Assembly: GCA_963833425.1 (NCBI GenBank)
Contig: CAWHXP010000002.1
Coordinates: 192,001 to 256,000 of the forward strand
Direction of reading: 5' to 3'
From: an uncultured Methanosarcinaceae archaeon
GTDB lineage: Archaea > Halobacteriota > Methanosarcinia > Methanosarcinales > Methanosarcinaceae
Length of the DNA stretch: 64,000 nucleotides
Below the pieces are notes generated by a model, which worked only from the letters and a program-made list of their open reading frames with translations, was not told where the DNA came from and searched no databases. The translations under genes were made by a program, and so were the position numbers. Below, one piece after another: positions 56,901 to 64,000 of this stretch; within the stretch, counting starts at the first letter, position 1, and each line of letters starts with the position of its first letter.

Positions 56901-57745
56901 CTGAACTTGCTCAACGTTTTATCTTCGGTATTGACCTGCCGGTAGCCGCGCAGCGTGGTGGTGGGTAGATCTTTATGCAGCTTTTCGGTGTACTGGCCCA
57001 GCTCGATCACGTAGTAATCGCAGCCAGGGTACGTTTTCGTGTCCGGAACGGCGATCGGGATATACTGCCCATTCTGGTTGGCGTTCGTCGCTCCCAGGCC
57101 TGGCAGCCGGTCGACGAACTTTCGTATGCCTCCGTTGATCGAGCCCGTGGTATCACCTATCGTCGCCGTGGCCATCGCCCCGGTGCCCTGGGGGTCGGTC
57201 GCGTTCATGATCGTAACTACCGGGGCGGTATAGTCCTTGCCGCCCCAGGTCAGCACGATGTTGGTGATAGCACCCGTTCCATTCGCCGTCGCCGTTGCAG
57301 TTGCCCCCGTCCCAGTACCGTAAACGTCGTCAATTAAGACGATTGGATTCAGATAGCCTGTGCCTGGAGCATCAAGCGTGATGCCTGTGATGGGGCCCTT
57401 AGGTAATGGTGTATAAGCATAGTTAGGATAGGGGCCGAAGTAATGGGGCACTTCGCTGGGAGACGTCACGGGTTGAACTTTTCTAGCTTTGTTTGCCGAA
57501 TGCGTCGTCTTGAAGTTAGCAGCCGCATCCTCCCTTTTAGCCGGTAATATCTGAGTCTTATACCAGAGGCCATGCTTTTTGGTAATGTCCATGCTAGCGA
57601 TAGAATTGCCATTGGGAACAACTTTAGCTTCGGAGGCGAGAGTGTTCAGCGGTACAGTCGCAAACAATATTACGACAATGATCGATATTGATGCAAATCG
57701 CTTCATGAGATCGATCGCGCTCTTTTGTTTATGTATCGGTTTCAC
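53960..57745 (-). CDS. Large secreted multicopper oxidase (CotA/bilirubin oxidase-like) with FN3 domain and C-terminal surface-protein repeat
   Basis: Signal peptide; all four Cu motifs HLHG, FHDH, HPMHFH, HCHVLGHEENDMM; FN3 (PTDL..LSWKDNS..F.IQR..Y.D...YYYRVQA); terminal ITWNNPADI...QL...GIFYY...LHVTF.P.D domain. Confidence 0.92.
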   Translation of the reverse strand: MKPIHKQKSAIDLMKRFASISIIVVILFATVPLNTLASEAKVVPNGNSIASMDITKKHGLWYKTQILPAKREDAAANFKTTHSANKARKVQPVTSPSEVPHYFGPYPNYAYTPLPKGPITGITLDAPGTGYLNPIVLIDDVYGTGTGATATATANGTGAITNIVLTWGGKDYTAPVVTIMNATDPQGTGAMATATIGDTTGSINGGIRKFVDRLPGLGATNANQNGQYIPIAVPDTKTYPGCDYYVIELGQYTEKLHKDLPTTTLRGYRQVNTEDKTLSKFSYLGPLVIANKDRPVRIKFINKLPTGDAGNLFIPVDHTAMGAGMGPLGMDAKPMNYTENRADIHLHGGFVPWISDGSPHMWTTPSGEKTSYPQGVSVYNVPDMDGGYEPQGTLTFYYNNEQSARLMFFHDHAWGITRLNVYAGEAAGYLITDKVEQDLIAGTNVTGVNPGLQKLLPGLGTPLIIQDKIFVDKSTISAQDPTWKWGTTPPVPNTGDIWYPHVYMPTQNNSSVNPINPFGRWDYAAWFNLSAPAPDLKYPPIKNPYYDPVNAPWEPPMIPGTPHPSLVMEAYMDTPLINGAAYPSLDVEPKAYRFRILNAANDRFWNLQLYVANSTIVTADGRTNTEVSMVPATSARLDTGGVPDPKTAGPSFYQIGTEGGFLPAPAVIDSQPITWNMDPTSSNFGNVDKHSLLLGCAERADVIVDFSKYAGKTLILYNDAPAGFPAPDSRYDYYTGDPDQTNIGGAPSTQAGYGPNTRTIMQINVSATRSDGQPLAPYNLAALNATFAKTTMKRGVFETSQDPILVPQPSYNSAYNANFPDQNVSNGVNSLTFTTLSGKTVTIPLQQKAIQDMMPYAYDLDYGRMIGLLGLELSPTSGTQNYILYPYVSPPVEIINDSKVISEPLAVASDGTQIWKITHNGGDTHPMHFHLYNVQLINRLAMDGKIVLPDANELGWKETVRVNPMTFAIVALRPTTPKNQPFEIPNVIRSIDPSMPDGVVLQGPLGGYKDPQGNPVTAVNHKVNYGWEYVYHCHVLGHEENDMMHAEIFAVAPRQPTDLKATPKGSSVELSWKDNSISETGFTIQRADDPSFTVGLTTFMVGPNVVKYTDTTIKQNKRYYYRVQANNVVGDTTVYPTPSAGFPHTSADSAFSNIADTHSITWNNPADICQGMPLSYDQLDASALDPVSGATIPGIFYYNPDVDAVLSTGQNQPLHVTFVPADSTKYASASKTDYINVNKCSEKHGFHHESGYSTFLPLNWG

Positions 57746-58450
57746 TATGTTTCCTCCTGTCGGGAAATAGCAAATTTGAAATGCTGTAGTGTCAATTGCC
57801 TTCTGGTTTCCCCTGTCGGCTAATCCGCGTGTTCAAGCCCATTTATCCACGTGTTCACGGAAGTTGGGTCATAAATGTCATGATGGTCATATTTAGCAAA
57901 TATTTTATACTGTAACTGGTTGCCCGATATTTATGCGATCTCTTGGCATGTGTATATCCATTCGAGATCAGCACTATTAGCAGATGCAAGGGAAGATAAC
58001 CGAATCGTATTGTGATGGCAACAGGTAGGATGAGCAGCACTCACCTTGGCAGATTTTTAAAATCTCTCTCTGTAAGCCTTTGGGTCACAGTGTTCGTTAT
58101 CTTTAATGATCACTACCCAGGAGGGATTGATCAACGTACTTTTAACTGTGTAAATTATCCACTCATGTTTTAAATCTGAGGATAAATAACTTTCTGCCAA
58201 AAGGTATTATGTTAAGGATGACACCAAAAACCAACTATACGTAATAATATTATAAAATTAGTTCAATTTATGCCCTAAAAAAGTAAATAAGTAAATAGAA
58301 TAGCAAATTTGAAATTAGAAAGTTATCAGCCACGGCTATTATTTTACACCTCAAGAATAAAGTACCAACAAGGATAAGCAACTATCGAAGTTGATTTGCT
58401 GACTTGTTATGATGGTTCTAAAATGCCTATTGGCTACTCGTTTGCTACTG

Positions 58451-58577
58451 GAGCCTATCCAAATGTGTTGTGACCTGTTACCTTTACAATAACCAATATG
58501 ACAACCGAAACGAATACTTGGATATTATAGACCTAGTGTAATTTTACAATATATGTATCTACTTTTCGGACAGGTTC
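58451..58577. mobile_element. Degenerate 127-bp MITE of the GAGCC-ended family
   Basis: GAGCCTATCCAAATGT...ACTTTTCGGACAGGTTC|TTA. Confidence 0.5.
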
Positions 58578-60262
58578 TTAGTACCTGTGACGAAATAATC
58601 TATGGAATGCATAGTTTTGTTGAAGTTAAAAGGGTATCTTGTTTGTGTAAATCATTTAATACAGTTAAATAACGCATCGCTTATTTCGCTACGTGATCCT
58701 TTTATTTGGTACTAATCTAATTTTTTTAGATTGTTGATGCGAAAATTAGGGGCAGTCTAAAATGTGTGTCATATAAATAGAGATATCTTATTGGTTTTCA
58801 GATTATTCATTAACCCCGCACATCGATACATTTTGATTAATTAGGTTTATTGGTTATGCTTTCTATGTGAGAATTATAAGAACTTATCACACACCCTACG
58901 CATAAAAACCGAAATTGGGTAACGTTTTTTTATTTTTGTGTTAATTTTATTTAAATTGATAGAAAAACTGTCTGAAAATATATTATAAAAACCTATCAAC
59001 TATATAAAAGCCGTCTTCTAATTCAGTTTCTTTTTTCCTTATACATCTAGCCAAAAGTATATTAATCTTAAATAAAAATATAATAGTATAAACGTGTTAT
59101 AAGAGCAATTAGTTATAAAGTTCGTATAAAGCGTTTCATCCTCCTTAACACCCGTAGACATATTTTTTTCTCTTAGTACGGAGCAATTCACACGGATGAA
59201 CAATATCAGCAATAGTGGATTTATTATTTTGTCCCAAATGTATCTAGTTTATGCTTGCGAGAACTAGATTATCACAGAGCCTATAGAAATGTATAAGTTT
59301 CTATCGATTACATGCCACGTAAATGCAAAACAGTATTAAAAGACATAGCAAGATTCAATAAATTAGCTTGTGATCTATTTTTATCAAATTAATTCGTGAA
59401 AATTATTTTATCAAAACAAATTTACAGCGTATTCAAAGTCAAATTTCTATATATCTTGTTTAATTTGTTCTTCTGAGTAAGATTTTCTACTTAACAATTT
59501 CTTAATACTTGTGATTTGGGATCAATTTCGCTACCTTACTCAAGTTGATGATGTGCATAATTTTCTGTGAAATTTACTCTGTACCCTTTAATCTTAGTTT
59601 TTGATTACTATTCCATTATTACATGCTTGTTTTCTATGATCCTGGATGGGTCCTTAATGTAAAATGAAGCAAAATTTCAAATATTAATTATTCGGCGATT
59701 TAAATAAAACATATGTATTTATCCTAAATTAAAATAAAAATACGCCTTCAATTTCGGGTTAAGCTGAGAAAATATAGAGATTTTGGGACAAAAATTGTGT
59801 ATAGAGTTATTCAGTATAGAATGATAGTAAAACTCGCAGAACAAAATGAAATTATGCTGAAATTCAATGCATTTTTTTATTTGATGAAAGTGTTGATTTT
59901 TATTGCAAACTATAATCAACGAAAATTCAATTGCATTTCAATGAATGGCATACTTGGAGGTGCTGGAAAATCTCTAAGTTGTGGTTAGACATCATCTAAC
60001 CTAAAATGCGGTAGCAAAAAAGTAATTCAAAAGGATCGGATAAAATACGGAAGAGTTATGCTCATTCTGTTTGTAAAACCTTAAATTATCAGTAAATTTT
60101 ATTTCTATTGCATATGGACTCAAACTGATAGGAAAATAAAAATATGGCCATCAATTCAAGGCAGTTTATCATGAATTTATTCTCAATGCCTTGAAAATGG
60201 CCATGCATGATTTCATTTCATACTCAATAGCTCCTAGACTCGGCGACTGTTCTTAATATCTC

Positions 60263-60784
60263 TCAGTTATGATGTCCTTGTCCACCGTGTCCATCGTGTC
60301 CACCGTGTCCATTATGTCCACCACCGTGTCCACCGTGTCCATGCCCATGTCCATGTCCATGCCCGTGTCCATAGTATCCGCCGTCATAGTATCCGCCGTC
60401 ATATTCGCCTACCACAACGGGTGTTTCTGCAACAGGAGTTGCTACAACGGGTGTTGCTACAACGGGTTGTTCTGCTACAACGCCAGGCATGTAGGTCCAG
60501 TCCCACACTAGAGTAGCAGGATTATATACCCATTCATAGTCCCCGTAGTATGTGCCCCTATAATAATGATCATGGTTACCGTGATGCCTTTGGTCGTGCC
60601 AATTGTTGAATTGATGTCCACCGTGTCCGCCATGTCCGTGTCCACCATGTCCGTGTCCACCATGTCCATGTCCATGCCCGTGTCCATCGTGCTGTGGTGC
60701 CGCGCTTACTCCAACAGTTGTCACTGATGCTACAAAAAAAACTGCTAGTAAAATAACTAGTGATTTTTTCATTTGTTTTAACAT
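60263..60784 (-). CDS. Secreted His/Gly/Tyr-rich low-complexity protein (intact family member)
   Basis: AGGAG RBS; signal MKKSLVILLAVFFVASVTTVGVSA; two (GH)n/GGH blocks; WVYNPATLVWDW; PVVA repeats; DGGYY x2. Confidence 0.85.
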   Translation of the reverse strand: MLKQMKKSLVILLAVFFVASVTTVGVSAAPQHDGHGHGHGHGGHGHGGHGHGGHGGHQFNNWHDQRHHGNHDHYYRGTYYGDYEWVYNPATLVWDWTYMPGVVAEQPVVATPVVATPVAETPVVVGEYDGGYYDGGYYGHGHGHGHGHGHGGHGGGHNGHGGHDGHGGQGHHN

Positions 60785-61633
60785 CTTTTATCTCCTATTT
60801 TATTAGTTTTAAATGAGTTTCCCATAAGATAATTTGGTGTAAAATTATCTGCTTGCATCAAATTTGATTGCTTCAATAAAGATATATTTCAATAAAGATA
60901 TTTTTTGTTTTTTATGTGTTTACAGGGATTTTTAAATATTTAAAGGTATTTTGGAGATTTCCATTGTTAAATAAATTAATTATGTTAAATGCATAGTTAC
61001 TTCTAGATATGATATCGTAACTCATGTATTTGTGCTTTATGCGCATGGATCTCAATGGATCTATTCGAGTCTATAAAAATGTAGCTATTGGCAAGTCCAA
61101 AGTGTAGTTTTAGCTGGATCTTAAGGTAATTATATTTTTCAAAAAAGAGAAGTAGTTATATGGTTTCTAAATAAATTATGTTATGCAATAAGTGATTTGA
61201 CGGTGGTTTTATTTAGTGAATCATACTAAGGACTTGTACACTTGAAGTAAAATTACGTGCAGTATACATTTGATTCGATTGACGTTGTAGCTAGTTGGAG
61301 GTTCAATGATATCGATTTTTAGCTCTGTACCAGTTAGATAGTATATTTTTACGATACGACTCCATTTATATCTAGTATTGCAAGGATTTCTGAAGGTATA
61401 TATTGATACTTTGCAAAAATCAAGGATTTATCAAAATCCGTTACAATAACACCTAACGTGTTATTTTCAGTCTAATTATATAACATTCAACTCGAAGATA
61501 TATCATTGGTATTGAAGTTGTGCATATTATTCGTTAAATGATAAAAAAGTTTGAAAAAATCAGAGCCATTTTCTTACATTACCATTTTCTTTCATTAATC
61601 TGTATACCAGGTATTGACAATATTGTTTACGAG

Positions 61634-63730
61634 ATGAAAATGACCGAATTGAATAGGCACCGGAAACAAGTAATTTGTATTACGTTGCTACTATGCTTAC
61701 TCAGTTTTTTGCTACTGGTAAAGGTCTTATATGAGTACAAAAGCAGCAATACGAATGAAATAATCCTGGATAAAGCAAAAGAAGATTCGCGCCAAAAAGC
61801 CGAATTTGCCATAACAAAAATAGAGAATGAACTTAATTCTACTAGCTTGCTTGCTGAAGGAGTTGCAAAAGACCTGAGTTCCGGAAAGTTAAAGGATGAT
61901 TCCACGCTCAATGATTACCTTTTGGCTAAAATGAAGGCCAATCCAGACATTTTCAGCATCGTCGTTGCATATTCCCCAGCTGTCCATGCCGGGAAGCTTT
62001 ACGCACCTCATTTCAAGAGAAACAGCTTGGATATCGTATCTGCACCATTAACATATGACTACACGATGGACAATGAGAAAACTGCTTGGTACAATGATGC
62101 CCTAAAAAAAGGATCAAAGGTATGGATTTCGCCTTATTTCGGGATTGCAGATGGCAATTATCAAATAGATTCTTCGGCTCCTTTCTATCTTAAAGAATTT
62201 GGGGATGGAAATAAAGCTGCAGGAGTAGTAAGTGTAAGTCACTCTCTTGAAGGAGTAAGGGTACAGGTAGGAGACCTTAACCTAGGAAAAAGGGGTTATG
62301 GTTTTATCATCTCCGGGAAGGGGATAATCATTTCTTATCCTATCCAAGAGTATCTGGGCAAAAATATTAACGAACTGGCAAAAAAAGATCAAAACCTTTA
62401 CTTTATAATTGAAAATATGGCAGCAACAGAGCACTCGGTAACAAATTCCTTAACAGGGCAATCCTATTGGATATTTCATAAAAATATTCCTTCTACAGAT
62501 TGGATCCTGGGTTTTGTCCTTCCACAGGAAGAAACTCTGCTGAACAAAAAAATGGATCAGAATCACTCCATAATCCATATCGTATTCGCAACTTTTACTT
62601 TTATATTTTTTTTGTCCCTGCTTTTAGTCTCCACTTACATTTACGATCATAAAGGACTCTGGATACTTGCAGTTATTTTCTCATTACTTTGCATCCTAGG
62701 GATTGGCTTCATATGGCACTTTACCATAAATAATTCTTCTCTTGACGGCAGGAATGGAGACCTCGTTGTTTTCGACAGAGAAGATGTTGAAACGGTTCTG
62801 CAACACACCGGTACGAGCCTGAAAACTTCTAGGATTCCTACAGGAATTTTTCTCCAATCTATTGAGTTTTTGACTGCTAATGATGTCTTAATAACAGGAT
62901 ATGTCTGGCAAAATGTTTCAGGACCAGATGCTAAAAAAAGTTCTCCTGGCTTTAGTTTTCCGGATTCAAAAGAAACCACAATCGAAAAAGCTTATGCTAA
63001 TAGTGACAATGGTATTGTAGGCTGGCATTTTAAGACTACTCTACGTCAGAAGTTTGAGTATTCAAGATACCCATTTGACAGGGAAGATTTATGGATTAGA
63101 TTATGGAGTAACAATTCTACAGAGAGCGTCATAGTCCCGAACTTTGATTCCTATAAAAGTTTGATTCCAGAAAATCTTCCAGGATTGGAGCCTTCTATCT
63201 TGCTTGGGGGCTGGAAACCACAAAAAACTTTTTTTAGTTACAGGGTAAATCCTTATACCACCAATTTTGGGTTAGGGAATTTTTCAAATTCCAATGTGCC
63301 CGAATTTTATTTCAACGTTGATTTCAAAAGGGATTTTAAGACTCCCTTTGAATCCGATCTTTTACCAGTAATAGTAGTAGTTATTCTTCTGTTTGCAATA
63401 CTTACGATAATAACCAAGACTGAGAGCATAACCCATTTTGGATTTAGTTCTCATGGAGTCCTGACCTATTGTACCTCTCTTTTTTTTACTCTTATCCTCG
63501 CCCATTCCTCTCTGAGAAATAAAATTCCAATAGACAGTACCATCTACCTTGAGTATTTCTACTTTATTATGTATCTGGCAATTTTAGTTGTTTCCTTGAA
63601 TTCAATAGCTTTTGCATCAAATCGGCATTTCCCCTTCATCGATGTAAAAGATAACTTGTATGTGAAAGTACTGTACTGGCCTGTTATCACAGGAATTCTG
63701 TTGTTAATCACATTCCTGAATTTTTATTGA
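61634..63730 (+). CDS. Cache-domain-fused pentameric ligand-gated ion channel (Pro-loop receptor)
   Basis: TM, Cache (YAPHF..YDY..WY, WISPYF, GYGFIIS..G.IISYP), 2 TM, beta-rich domain with YPFD (63068-63079), GGW, KRD..LLP pre-M1, then four TM helices; start probably 61634 or 61640 rather than 61538. Confidence 0.85.
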   Translation: MKMTELNRHRKQVICITLLLCLLSFLLLVKVLYEYKSSNTNEIILDKAKEDSRQKAEFAITKIENELNSTSLLAEGVAKDLSSGKLKDDSTLNDYLLAKMKANPDIFSIVVAYSPAVHAGKLYAPHFKRNSLDIVSAPLTYDYTMDNEKTAWYNDALKKGSKVWISPYFGIADGNYQIDSSAPFYLKEFGDGNKAAGVVSVSHSLEGVRVQVGDLNLGKRGYGFIISGKGIIISYPIQEYLGKNINELAKKDQNLYFIIENMAATEHSVTNSLTGQSYWIFHKNIPSTDWILGFVLPQEETLLNKKMDQNHSIIHIVFATFTFIFFLSLLLVSTYIYDHKGLWILAVIFSLLCILGIGFIWHFTINNSSLDGRNGDLVVFDREDVETVLQHTGTSLKTSRIPTGIFLQSIEFLTANDVLITGYVWQNVSGPDAKKSSPGFSFPDSKETTIEKAYANSDNGIVGWHFKTTLRQKFEYSRYPFDREDLWIRLWSNNSTESVIVPNFDSYKSLIPENLPGLEPSILLGGWKPQKTFFSYRVNPYTTNFGLGNFSNSNVPEFYFNVDFKRDFKTPFESDLLPVIVVVILLFAILTIITKTESITHFGFSSHGVLTYCTSLFFTLILAHSSLRNKIPIDSTIYLEYFYFIMYLAILVVSLNSIAFASNRHFPFIDVKDNLYVKVLYWPVITGILLLITFLNFY

Positions 63731-64000
63731 CATATATTCTTTTTGGAAGTTTAGTTGATTTATTTAATAATTCTAAATATGCAGTATGAAATGCAAATAC
63801 CTGCTCAGAGCTTGATTATTTTTAGTTTTAAAATTTGTTATCAGAAAGTAAATTTTATTCAGAAAATATTTTTTATATCATTAATTAAATATAATACAGA
63901 GGGGTAGTTAACATCTGGTTGCAACAAATTATGTACAATAAGCTTTATAAGAATTTGTTGAAATCAGATCTTAATAAATGCCAAAATATTTGACCTTTCC

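Overview
AT-rich archaeal chromosomal segment, almost certainly from a Methanosarcina (methanogenesis marker 2, cobA-hemD-ahbC, ferredoxin:disulfide reductase plus methanoredoxin, cooS-cooF, archaeal aspS, hmgA, trm1, thermosome). Intact housekeeping blocks alternate with long low-coding stretches holding decayed genes (TetR, ArsR-like, MNT-HepT toxin-antitoxin, Cdc6 fragment, hybrid histidine kinase, Hsp20, DUF1269-like, tRNA-Leu) and at least four IS/MITE families. The most notable signals are three. (1) A dispersed family of about five small secreted His/Gly/Tyr/Cys-rich peptide genes shares a signal peptide, and the two intact members share a Trp-hairpin motif. (2) A GC-rich multicopper oxidase, probably horizontally acquired, is fused to an AT-rich host-type surface domain. 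(3) A Cache-domain-fused pentameric ligand-gated ion channel lies divergent from the His/Gly-rich gene. All family assignments are from motif recognition by eye; no database search was run.
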